A stretch of DNA of 36,077 nucleotides from a virus. Its lineage: Duplodnaviria > Caudoviricetes. Numbering within the stretch: position 1 is the first letter of the stretch; each line of letters starts with the position of its first letter. Positions 16,927 to 25,087 of this stretch are shown here, in pieces. The stretch is taken from positions 1 to 36,077 of IMG/VR virus record IMGVR_UViG_3300036841_000225, one strand, 5' to 3'. Position numbers and translations under genes: made by a program. The notes under the pieces were generated by a model. It made no database searches, was not told the DNA's origin, and worked only from the letters and a program-made list of their open reading frames with translations.

Positions 16927-17256
16927 GTGAGCGCGCCATCACAAAAGCCCGAAGATCAAGTCGGGGCAATCTCTAAAGAGGAGATGAATCTATGCATACG
17001 CGTGCCCGCTTCACTCCGAAAGAAGCTCGGAATACGAGTTGAACAAGAGGGCTCGACGATAAAGAAGTATGTGATTCGGTCGCTGGAAAAAAGTCTTGGC
17101 GAAGCGATTCCAACAAGAAAGTCATTTATCGATACAGCCGACATTCCTCGACGCGAGCAAGACCGTGAGAAGATCCGGGCTTTCGCGCGATTGCTCAAGA
17201 CCAAAGATTTTCAGGTGGCAGGAAGAGTCTTTGCAAAAATCTTTCGCGCGGAATAG
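16927..17256 (+). CDS. Ribbon-helix-helix (Arc/CopG-like) regulator, putative repressor
   Basis: MNLCIRVPASLRKKL..IKKYVIRSLE pattern; divergent from the xis/int genes. Confidence 0.7.
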   Translation: MSAPSQKPEDQVGAISKEEMNLCIRVPASLRKKLGIRVEQEGSTIKKYVIRSLEKSLGEAIPTRKSFIDTADIPRREQDREKIRAFARLLKTKDFQVAGRVFAKIFRAE

Positions 17257-17454
17257 GCCCGATGCCCTCCGGATTTAACGTCATCCCGTTAGCCCCCTTG
17301 TCGGCGGCCTAGGTGCATGCAAGAACCGCCAGACGCCCGAAGGCATGCTTCGACGTCGGTCGGGATTGACCCGGAGCGGCCCGCACCCTAACAGTCACTC
17401 TTTTTCTTTTTCCCGTTTGGACGCGAACCGCTCTTGGTGTCGGAGTAGTAGAAA

Positions 17455-17469
17455 CAGTGTAGCGGGAAA
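17455..17469 (+). repeat. 15-bp direct repeat CAGTGTAGCGGGAAA, copy 1
   Basis: Identical copy at 19146-19160. Confidence 0.7.
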
Positions 17470-17590
17470 CGGGCTCGTTGCGCCTGGTCTATGCTAGAAG
17501 CGCTGGTGAGCGGCAGCTTTTCAGGCTGCCAGATTTTATACATCCCTGTTCTTTTTGGGACTGTCTAATAGCTGCTCGCGTCACGAACGG

Positions 17591-18103
17591 ATGCCCTACT
17601 CGGCCAAAGCGATCGCCAACTATTTCCTCGACCTGGCGCGTATCCACGGGCAAACTCTGAATCCCATGAAGATCCAGAAGCTGGTGTACTACGCGCACGC
17701 CTGGAATCTGGTCTTTTACAATCGGCCGCTGATAGATGAGTTCATCCAGGCCTGGACTTATGGCCCGGTCATACGCTCGCTGTATGAGGAGTTCAAGCGA
17801 TATGGCAGTGGCCCGATTACAACGAAGGCGACCGAGTTCGCGCCGAGCGAACTGGACCCCTATCAGTTCGTGACGCCGTCGATCGACGACTATCCGTATC
17901 TGGGCATCAACCAGCAAACGAAGGCGCTTCTCGATACAGTCTGGGAAGCCTATGGCGGTTTTTCCGCCATTCAGCTTTCTAACCTTACGCATGCCCCGGA
18001 CTCGCCCTGGTTTTCGGTGTACAACAAGAATCCAGGACGCAAGGGGCTGACCATCCCGGACCAGGTCATAAGAGAACATTTCGTCAGTGCCCGAGCCGAC
18101 TGA
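17591..18103 (+). CDS. panA: Panacea-domain antitoxin (DUF4065/SocA-like)
   Basis: IANYFL..MKIQKLVYYAHAW..QAWTYGPVIRSLY..LSNLTH..PW. Confidence 0.9.
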   Translation: MPYSAKAIANYFLDLARIHGQTLNPMKIQKLVYYAHAWNLVFYNRPLIDEFIQAWTYGPVIRSLYEEFKRYGSGPITTKATEFAPSELDPYQFVTPSIDDYPYLGINQQTKALLDTVWEAYGGFSAIQLSNLTHAPDSPWFSVYNKNPGRKGLTIPDQVIREHFVSARAD

Positions 18104-18476
18104 CCCTCCAGAGAGCAATGCCGATCGTATACGGGATGAAATCCTGAAAGCCCGTCCCGCACATGTCAGTGATCAACCCGATCAGAAATCCGAAGAAGAG
18201 CAAGCGGCGCTCGAAACCGACCGGGAGCACGAACACGTCCGCAGCATGCGGCAGGATACTGCCGAACGCAAGCTATACGCCTCGCGCATTTTTTTCGTGC
18301 TGGTGACCTGGCTCGCCTTTATCGTGGTTGTCATTCTGATCGACGGATTTCAGTTCCGGGGTTTTCATCTCGGCGACCCGGTAGTGATCTCTTTGATCGC
18401 CGGGACCGCCACCGGAATCCTGGGCCTGATCGCCATCGTGGCGCGCTATCTATTTCCGGGAAATCCACGCCGCTAA
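18087..18476 (+). CDS. Two-TM protein, putative PanT membrane toxin
   Basis: Overlaps the panA stop; charged N-terminus followed by two hydrophobic helices. Confidence 0.7.
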   Translation: MPEPTDPPESNADRIRDEILKARPAHVSDQPDQKSEEEQAALETDREHEHVRSMRQDTAERKLYASRIFFVLVTWLAFIVVVILIDGFQFRGFHLGDPVVISLIAGTATGILGLIAIVARYLFPGNPRR

Positions 18477-18528
18477 ACGCCTCTTTCACAGAATGGGCAT
18501 TATCGGAAATAGGCTTGTTTTGTTGGGC

Positions 18529-18744
18529 TTAGTCGTCGGTAGTTTTGCGAGAAGGCAGTTGCTGGGCCAGTTCCTTACGTTCGTATTCGGAAAGCTGATG
18601 GAACAGATCCATGTACGCCTCATGCTCCAGATCGAACTTGGCTTCTGTTTCTGCAAGTTTTGCCTCTAGTTCTTCGATACGTTTCAGACGGCTCTGCGCG
18701 ATCCGATACCAGTCGGGCAAGCTATTTTCCGACACAGGGGGCAT
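18529..18744 (-). CDS. Hypothetical coiled-coil protein
   Basis: 71 aa with a GAGGAG RBS. Confidence 0.65.
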   Translation of the reverse strand: MPPVSENSLPDWYRIAQSRLKRIEELEAKLAETEAKFDLEHEAYMDLFHQLSEYERKELAQQLPSRKTTDD

Positions 18745-18757
18745 TTCTCAGATCTCC

Positions 18758-18991
18758 TCAATCGAGCTTCTGTTCGCCGTTGGGCGAGAACTGAATCTCG
18801 ATATCCACCCCGTGGTTATGCCACTCGATCTGAATGCCGCCGTCGCCACAGGGGACGATGTGCGGCATTTCCTGAAAACACTTGAGTGCATTCTCTACGG
18901 CTGTTATGGCGGCTTCCGTGATCGGCTTGCCTTTATATGAATCCCATCCCGGCTCAAGTGCGCGTAGCTGCTGTTTCCAGTCAGGGGGCAT
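18758..18991 (-). CDS. Conserved hypothetical protein (GWDSY..DGGIQIEW)
   Basis: 77 aa; TATACT lies 7 nt upstream of the ATG. Confidence 0.75.
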   Translation of the reverse strand: MPPDWKQQLRALEPGWDSYKGKPITEAAITAVENALKCFQEMPHIVPCGDGGIQIEWHNHGVDIEIQFSPNGEQKLD

Positions 18992-19145
18992 TCCTCGCAG
19001 TATAGAGGAGCGCCGGCCTAAGCCGGCCCAAAAGGATTACGTCCGGGATCCATACGAAAAGAACCGCCGCACCCAAAGGCCCTTCTTACTTCCCATGCGA
19101 GCGCGGCGGCTGTCTCCTCAGACGAAATTTGGTAAACGCGCCTCC

Positions 19146-19160
19146 CAGTGTAGCGGGAAA
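19146..19160 (+). repeat. 15-bp direct repeat, copy 2
   Basis: Identical to 17455-17469. Confidence 0.7.
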
Positions 19161-19180
19161 GCAATGTGCATACTGACGGT

Positions 19181-19640
19181 ATGAATGCGCAAGAGGAGAA
19201 AGAAGAGGCCGTATACCGCTTTGTGGCCCGCAATTACGACCGTTTTCGACACGCGGTATTGAATGAAGACTATTACGCGGCCCAGGCGATGAGTCTCTCG
19301 CATCGGGATCAACGCCTTCAAGCGCTGGGCGGCGTCTTTGCCGGGCTTGCCGCTGTGACAACGACGCCGGCCTTGCGTTTGCCCGATCTTGTTCCGGCTG
19401 GACTGGCCGCCGTTGCCTCGCTCATCGGGTTTTGCTTCCCTTCAGCCGCCTGCGCGCGCAGATTCGAAGTACCGAACGGCTCCATGTTGGTTACACTCTG
19501 CTGCGAGCGCAATGCGAAATGCTGTTGAGTGATACCGATTCCCGGACGCGATCGCCAGCCTCCGCCGCCCGATCGTCACAAGAATATCGAGCCGAGATCG
19601 CCCTATCCAGCACCTCCGCGAAGACCGCCCCTACCACCGT
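19181..19640 (+). pseudogene. Frameshifted two-TM (SLATT-like) membrane protein gene
   Basis: The first frame reads ..VASLIGF and the -1 frame continues LLPFSRLRAQIRSTERLHVGYTLLRAQCEMLL, with the break at T-run 19430-19433. The 3' end is uncertain. Confidence 0.5.
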
Positions 19641-19679
19641 CACCGCCGCAACCTCCAGCGCCCAAGAAGGATTAGCTGG

Positions 19680-20504
19680 CTACTGTGCCGCCCCAGCCCC
19701 CGCATTCTCGACCGCCGCGATGATCTCTTCGTACTTATCCGTCGTGACATCTTCGGCCCGCTCGAAGCCATGCGCGCGCAGGATCTGGCCGATGATCTTT
19801 TTGTCCACGCCTTGCGAAAAGCCGATCGCCCAGATGCGCGAGGCCTGCTTGCCGCTGATGGTCTTCGCACCGCCATTGCCGTTTTCAGCCGCCGGCTGCG
19901 TCTTCTCGCGCGGTTGTTGAATCGGCTGTCCTTCGCCGGACGGTGTACGCCGGCCGCCCATTTCTTCCGCCGGAGTCGGGGCGTAGCCCGCCATCGCCAC
20001 GATCCAGGAGAACGGACCTTTGAGCGCTTTGGCCTGCGCCCGCGTCTGCGCCATCGAGCGGAGTTGGAAGAGCGGCACGGGCCGTTCTCCCACCTGGACA
20101 CGCTTTTTCAATTGCTCATCGTATTCGTACACCGGCCGCATATCCCAGTTCTCTTCGTCATCGAGGCACATGGAATCCGCTTTGCCGATCACGATGCCGC
20201 TCGGAACATGGAACGCTTCGGCAAAGGCCTCGTAGCCTGTCACCTCACCGATCTGAACCAAGCGCGTTTCGCAGGTGCGCGGGGTAACCCGGTACATGCT
20301 GGCCAGAAACGACCAGGCCTCGAAGAAGAGATGGTCTCCGCCCCCGAACTTTTGCACCCAGCCGTTGCGTTTGACAGCGGCGATTAACGCATCCGCACAG
20401 AGCCGGGCTTCCGCTACGATCACTTCTGGCTTGCGCTGCAACCGCAGCGTAAAGCCGTCATCGGGCTCGACGATCGTGGGGGTTAAAACAGCAGATTCAC
20501 TCAT
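19680..20504 (-). CDS. Putative single-strand annealing (recombination) protein
   Basis: SMAQTRAQAKAL..TPAEEM core plus a C-terminal ISGKQASRIWAI domain; lies in the recombination module. Confidence 0.65.
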   Translation of the reverse strand: MSESAVLTPTIVEPDDGFTLRLQRKPEVIVAEARLCADALIAAVKRNGWVQKFGGGDHLFFEAWSFLASMYRVTPRTCETRLVQIGEVTGYEAFAEAFHVPSGIVIGKADSMCLDDEENWDMRPVYEYDEQLKKRVQVGERPVPLFQLRSMAQTRAQAKALKGPFSWIVAMAGYAPTPAEEMGGRRTPSGEGQPIQQPREKTQPAAENGNGGAKTISGKQASRIWAIGFSQGVDKKIIGQILRAHGFERAEDVTTDKYEEIIAAVENAGAGAAQ

Positions 20505-21190
20505 GAACTTCTCCTACTCGCGATATTCGCTTCCGGATATACCTTGATTCCCGGCACGTGAAGGGCCGAACGCAGGCTGCGAGCCAGCGCGTTGATCGCG
20601 GGCATGTTCGGACTCAGTAAGTTCGAAAGTTCCGGATGCGCCGCTACATATTTCACCAGTAACTGCAAGTTAGTCACTTCGGCCTTCCAGATCTCCCGCG
20701 AAGAGATGCCTGCAACTTTCGGCGGCGCAGCCACCACAACCGGCGGCCGGCGCAGCGGCGCTTCGGCGATCACCGCGATCTCTTCTGCTGAGACGCCGAG
20801 AGATTCCGCCGCTTCAATCTCGCGTTCGCGTTCTTCCGCCGCCAGGCGCTCGGCTTCTTCCCGCAGCCGGCGCTCTTCTTCCCGTCGCAGCCGTTCCTGC
20901 TCCTGAACGTAAGCGCCCATATTGCGCTTCAGCAAGGCTTCAGCCTGCGTGAGCGGTTCGCAGATGCGCTTCTTCTGCGCGAGCGCTTCCCGATGTGCGG
21001 CATAGGCCTTCTGGATGATCGGATCAAAGGTCTGATCCGCTTCGGCCTGTAGGCCTTTAATCGCCCGCAGATGGGCGGCCGCCATCTCGTAGCTCGGCTG
21101 GTCGATGATCTCGGTATGTTGTGCGATCTCGATCCAGTAAGCCGTCTGGTGGGTTAATTGTTGTTCGGATGTGGTGACGAGTGCGCTCAT
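20501..21190 (-). CDS. Coiled-coil phage protein (Gam/gp157-like)
   Basis: Long E/R-rich helix, then GISSREIWKAEVT..VPGIKVY. Confidence 0.6.
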   Translation of the reverse strand: MSALVTTSEQQLTHQTAYWIEIAQHTEIIDQPSYEMAAAHLRAIKGLQAEADQTFDPIIQKAYAAHREALAQKKRICEPLTQAEALLKRNMGAYVQEQERLRREEERRLREEAERLAAEEREREIEAAESLGVSAEEIAVIAEAPLRRPPVVVAAPPKVAGISSREIWKAEVTNLQLLVKYVAAHPELSNLLSPNMPAINALARSLRSALHVPGIKVYPEANIASRRSS

Positions 21191-21648
21191 GCGGTTCTTT
21201 TTACTCCTAATTCGGTGGGGATGTTTCTTTGGCTGGCCGCCAGAAACCGCCCAGTGGTCGGGTGTCGCCGGTTTCCATGCAATCTGGCGTGAGCAGCCTG
21301 ATCGGGACAAATCACTAAGTTTTCTGGCCGATTATCGGATCTATTTCCGTTGCTGTGGTGGATGACTGCGTGAGGAGGAAGCGCCTTGCCTAGCCAGCGT
21401 TCAGCGATCAAAATGTGTTCGAGCACGTAACCGTTAACGGCGCGCGGGTGAGCAGGAGCATACAACAGAACATATCCATCGTCTCGAATAATTCTGCCTT
21501 CTTTCCACCGGCCATTGCGGGCTCCTTTTCGCGAACCATTAGCTACAGTATTCGCAGCAAAACAAGCCCGCGAACAATGGAGCCTTCGGTGAAAGTGACA
21601 AGCGGGCACTTCATAGTCGCGGCCGCAATAATTACAAACGAGTGTCAT
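21187..21648 (-). CDS. HNH endonuclease
   Basis: YVLEHILIAE..VIHHSNGNRSDNRPENL; N-terminal CxxC..CSxxC. Confidence 0.9.
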   Translation of the reverse strand: MTLVCNYCGRDYEVPACHFHRRLHCSRACFAANTVANGSRKGARNGRWKEGRIIRDDGYVLLYAPAHPRAVNGYVLEHILIAERWLGKALPPHAVIHHSNGNRSDNRPENLVICPDQAAHARLHGNRRHPTTGRFLAASQRNIPTELGVKRTA

Positions 21649-22271
21649 CGTATTGGTCCTCCATTCTGGCCCGGCAGAGATGTTTGTTGATGAGCAAGCG
21701 CCCACAGGAACAAATCCAGGTCGCGATCGAAATCAGCGCGGGGGAATTCATGCACTCGATAGGAGCCGTCCTCATTCAGTTGCACGGCAGCCCGGCGCCA
21801 GCGGCGTGGTTTCGGCCGGCAATTCAGATAGGCGGCGAGCTGGGCACGGTGGCCGTCGAGCACTATTCCCGTCTTGTAATCACACAGTAAAAGTTCGTCT
21901 TCAATCACGCAATCCAGATCGAACATGCCGGCATAGCGGTACTGTTCGTGAAACACCATCTGCTCGGCGTGGGCGATCGTGAGCCGCGACTCCTCGTGAA
22001 ACCGGATGCCGGCGGCAACGTAGCCCGCAATCGCCGGATCGATCGATTCCGGATCGAGCGTGCCTTTGGCATACAAATGCATGGCCTGATGCACGGCGGT
22101 ACCGCGATGGGCGGCGGCCTGCAGGACCTCCTGCGGAATCATAGAGTAGTCGATCACGCCCGCTGCGCGTAAGGTCGCCGTCACGCCCGGAATGACCTCC
22201 CCGTCCAGGCGATAGATGTGCGCCGGCAGCTCGAGCGTGGGACGCGGCTTGCCTGTGGCAGGGGCGGTCAT
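21645..22271 (-). CDS. PD-(D/E)XK exonuclease
   Basis: PGVTATL, RGTAVH, AE..YAGMFD..DYKTG and QLAAY. Confidence 0.88.
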   Translation of the reverse strand: MTAPATGKPRPTLELPAHIYRLDGEVIPGVTATLRAAGVIDYSMIPQEVLQAAAHRGTAVHQAMHLYAKGTLDPESIDPAIAGYVAAGIRFHEESRLTIAHAEQMVFHEQYRYAGMFDLDCVIEDELLLCDYKTGIVLDGHRAQLAAYLNCRPKPRRWRRAAVQLNEDGSYRVHEFPRADFDRDLDLFLWALAHQQTSLPGQNGGPIR

Positions 22272-22310
22272 GTGGTCTCCCAGCGTTCGGTCATGTGGTC
22301 TCCCAGCGTT
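22265..22310. repeat. 23-bp perfect tandem duplication
   Basis: CGGTCATGTGGTCTCCCAGCGTT twice; duplicates an RBS plus ATGA junction on the minus strand. Confidence 0.9.
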
Positions 22311-22506
22311 CCCGCGGCTTGGCCGTGAAGTCCGCCCGGAGTTCGGCCTGGTAGCATGTGGGGCACAGGAGACGATTGCGCCAGGCGCGGGAACAATTCC
22401 CACAGACGCGCGCGCCGCACGCGGAACAATCTTCCAGCCAATCGATGGCCAGGATTGTGTCGCAGAGACCCTGGCAGTAGGCCACGCTTTCGTGCAGGTT
22501 CGGCAT
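22291..22506 (-). CDS. Cys-rich Zn-finger-like hypothetical protein
   Basis: Four CxxC-type motifs in 71 aa. Confidence 0.65.
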   Translation of the reverse strand: MPNLHESVAYCQGLCDTILAIDWLEDCSACGARVCGNCSRAWRNRLLCPTCYQAELRADFTAKPRERWETT

Positions 22507-22731
22507 TCAGGCGCTCGCTTTGAGGCTTTCCAGCAGCGCCTCGCGCTTCCGATCTTCTTCCTGCAGCTCTTCCAGGCACTCGCGGCACAGCTTGTCGCCC
22601 TGGTCGATCACCACCGCCAGGCGCTCGTCGCACCAGCAGCATGTGTCGTGGATCGGGCAGAGCGTCGAGTGGTTGGCCCGGATGTAGCGCGGCGGATCGC
22701 CGACGCAATCAAAATCACATTCACAGTGCAT
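22507..22731 (-). CDS. Cys-rich hypothetical protein (first gene of the early operon)
   Basis: 74 aa with a GAGGGGAG RBS. Confidence 0.65.
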   Translation of the reverse strand: MHCECDFDCVGDPPRYIRANHSTLCPIHDTCCWCDERLAVVIDQGDKLCRECLEELQEEDRKREALLESLKASA

Positions 22732-22752
22732 TTACGCAACTCCCCTCAATCT

Positions 22753-22781
22753 AGTGTAACCATATGCTTGACATTTGTCAA
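22753..22781 (-). promoter_or_regulatory. Strong early promoter with a palindromic -35
   Basis: TTGACA (22781-22776), 17 bp, TACACT (22758-22753). The -35 is half of the palindrome TTGACA-TT-TGTCAA. Confidence 0.75.
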
Positions 22782-22834
22782 TCACACATGCAATCATGGT
22801 CCAACCAGAGAATGACTCATGTCATACACTGCAA

Positions 22835-23020
22835 ATGATGACCAGGAAGGAACCCAAGAATTCGTCGGGGGATCGCCGGGTGACTATTTCTGTGCGGAAC
22901 GTATCAGAAAAGAAATGGAAAATGCTTCAAAAGCTAGCCGACGAACGGGGCCTGAAGCTGAGGTATGTCCTGGACGAGATTTTCGACGAATGGATCAAGA
23001 GGAATAGCGAAGCCAAGTAA
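22835..23020 (+). CDS. Ribbon-helix-helix regulator
   Basis: VTISVRNVSEKKWKMLQKLADERGLKLRYVLDEIF; divergent from the early operon. Confidence 0.75.
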   Translation: MMTRKEPKNSSGDRRVTISVRNVSEKKWKMLQKLADERGLKLRYVLDEIFDEWIKRNSEAK

Positions 23021-23254
23021 ATGGACACGAACACAACCGTCGCGATCGTCTCTGCTTCGAGCGCTCTTATTGTCGCCATCACGGCTCTGATCCTGAACAC
23101 CTTCTGGGTCCGCTATGCGATACAGAGCCTGGATAAGAACATCAATCAACAAATCACTTCGTTACGGAACGAACTTAAGTCTGAGCTTTTACGTGTCGAA
23201 GGCGTGCTCGATGCGCGCTTGAGTCAGGTCGAACAAATTTTGAAAATACGCTAG
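23021..23254 (+). CDS. Small TM plus coiled-coil protein
   Basis: N-terminal hydrophobic helix, then ..LLRVEGVLDARLSQVEQIL. Confidence 0.75.
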   Translation: MDTNTTVAIVSASSALIVAITALILNTFWVRYAIQSLDKNINQQITSLRNELKSELLRVEGVLDARLSQVEQILKIR

Positions 23255-23273
23255 GCGAAGGGAGGTTCTCGCC

Positions 23274-23701
23274 ATGTATCCAAAGCTGCCAGTCTTAATG
23301 GGCTTAATGGGAACTCTTCTGCTAGGGCAGTCGAATTCGGCCCCTTGGGAGATGAAGCGCAATAAAACTACGTCCGCTGCAACAACGGAAAAAAGGAGGG
23401 TTTAGAGCTTTATCTCTTTGCGACGACTGTTGTCGAGGCCAAATACGGGACTAACAAAGCCAGCGTTCGGCTCAAATTCGATGAAGGTGCTCCTATTCAG
23501 GAAGATTGGGGCGAAGCCAATAGCCGCAATGCGCTGTTTTCTCCAAATCCCAATAAACTTGCCAAGCAACTTTTGAATTCAAAGCACTTTTATTTGGAAT
23601 TCACACCTTTTCAGGCCCGGCCCGCCACCGTCGAATTCGATGTCTCTGGACTGAAAGAGCAGTGGTCAACGGTGACCCAGGTTCGCGGCTCCTTGCCCTA
23701 G
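23274..23701 (+). pseudogene. Broken exported-protein gene resembling the TagO/VasI family
   Basis: GGAGG RBS and a signal peptide from 23274. The frame changes near 23366, and the second frame reads YVRCNNG..VRLKFD..W..LF..LEFTPFQ..VEFDVSGL. Confidence 0.55.
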
Positions 23702-23722
23702 ACGTAGTGAACAGCGCAGATC

Positions 23723-25084
23723 TTAAGTCCAGACCATCTCGCCATCTTTTCCGGGCGCTCCCGCGGGGCCTTGCGCTCCTGGGGGTCCTTCCGGCCCCGA
23801 GCTGGTCGCGACCTGTTTTGCGATCTGCGCCATGGCATCCGCCAACGTCGGGTTGTAATCGCCAACGGTGAGGACGACTTCCGTATCGGCCGCCCGATTC
23901 GCCATCTGCGTCATCTCGACACGCTGCACCGCAAAATCTTTCTGATTCCAGCCGTACCGTGCCGCCGTCGCTCGCACGATGTTTCCCGGCTTCGCGCCGA
24001 CTTTCCAGCATGTGAATTGGCCGCGCTCGTTCGGCGTCGAGCTGCGGGCGAGATCAGTCTGCGCGAATTGTAGCGCGGTGTCCGCCTTCGTGACGCGCAT
24101 GTCGTAATCGGTCCATTGGAGCAGGCCGTAGGTATCGATCGAGGCCTGATCATAGACATGCGCCGTCACGCCATCGCCGATAAAGGTCACATCATTGGCG
24201 GGTGCGAAGAAGTCCTCGTCATATTCATCGACGCGGAAATTATCGCCGCCTGGCTGATCCGTCAAGGCGACAATCACGGGCTGGGAATCGGGCACGACAT
24301 AGTTGAACGTGCCGTCAGCATCGATGAACCAGACCAGGCCCGTCGCCTTGGCGATCGTATCGAGAACTTGCGTGACAGTCTGATATTGAAAGTTCAAAGC
24401 CAGGACGGCCGTATGCGCGATCGGTCCCAGTTTGAGAATCGAAGGCGTCAAGCCCGTGCCCGTCAGCACTTCGCTGATGATCTGGTCATCCCAGAGACCG
24501 AGATTCGTGTAGTCTTTGTTCCAGGTCCGGCCATCGGTGAATAACTTGTAGTCGCGGCACGTGTAATTCAGCGTCACCGTCCCATCGGAGGCACCGGGAT
24601 CGCGCATCTGGACGGAGCTGATGAGACCGCCGAAAAGTGTTTGTATCACGCTTGCCGGCAGAGTGGATGTTCTCAACGACCAGGGCGCAAATTTTGGCGC
24701 TCCTAGAATCACCCAGTCCACGCCGATTTCAAACGTTTGCGTCAAGTCCGGCGAGAGCCAGCAGTCGAACCAGATTTCCGTGACGCGGGAGGGGTCGAAG
24801 GTCTTCGCCATCCGGGGAGGCAAGGCGTCCGGCCCGATGAGCCAGGGAATCAGATACGTGCTTGCGGGTTCGGGCCCGTTCGGATTCGGCGATTGGATCG
24901 TTTCAGAGGACCAGCTATAGCCTTCCGCATCCACCAAGCGGCCGCGGAACCACCAGTCGCCACCAGGCCCGCCTTTGGGCCAGGCGACTTCCATCGAGAA
25001 GTCGCTGCCGCGATAATCGGTGGGCGGAAATTGGGCTAACCGGATGGTGCCCGCGCCTTTCGAGCGATCGACAACGAGAATCAT
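23723..25084 (-). CDS. Minor tail/baseplate hub-like protein ending in a short collagen-like tract
   Basis: VTQVLDTIAKATGLVWFIDADG, SIDTYG and KPGNIV motifs; C-terminal GPEGPPGAQGPAGAPGKDG. Confidence 0.75.
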   Translation of the reverse strand: MILVVDRSKGAGTIRLAQFPPTDYRGSDFSMEVAWPKGGPGGDWWFRGRLVDAEGYSWSSETIQSPNPNGPEPASTYLIPWLIGPDALPPRMAKTFDPSRVTEIWFDCWLSPDLTQTFEIGVDWVILGAPKFAPWSLRTSTLPASVIQTLFGGLISSVQMRDPGASDGTVTLNYTCRDYKLFTDGRTWNKDYTNLGLWDDQIISEVLTGTGLTPSILKLGPIAHTAVLALNFQYQTVTQVLDTIAKATGLVWFIDADGTFNYVVPDSQPVIVALTDQPGGDNFRVDEYDEDFFAPANDVTFIGDGVTAHVYDQASIDTYGLLQWTDYDMRVTKADTALQFAQTDLARSSTPNERGQFTCWKVGAKPGNIVRATAARYGWNQKDFAVQRVEMTQMANRAADTEVVLTVGDYNPTLADAMAQIAKQVATSSGPEGPPGAQGPAGAPGKDGEMVWT

Positions 25085-25087
25085 TCA

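Noticed and set aside
21645-22271. Cas4 serving the array
   Set aside because: It lacks the four Fe-S cysteines and sits in the recombination module about 11 kb from the array.
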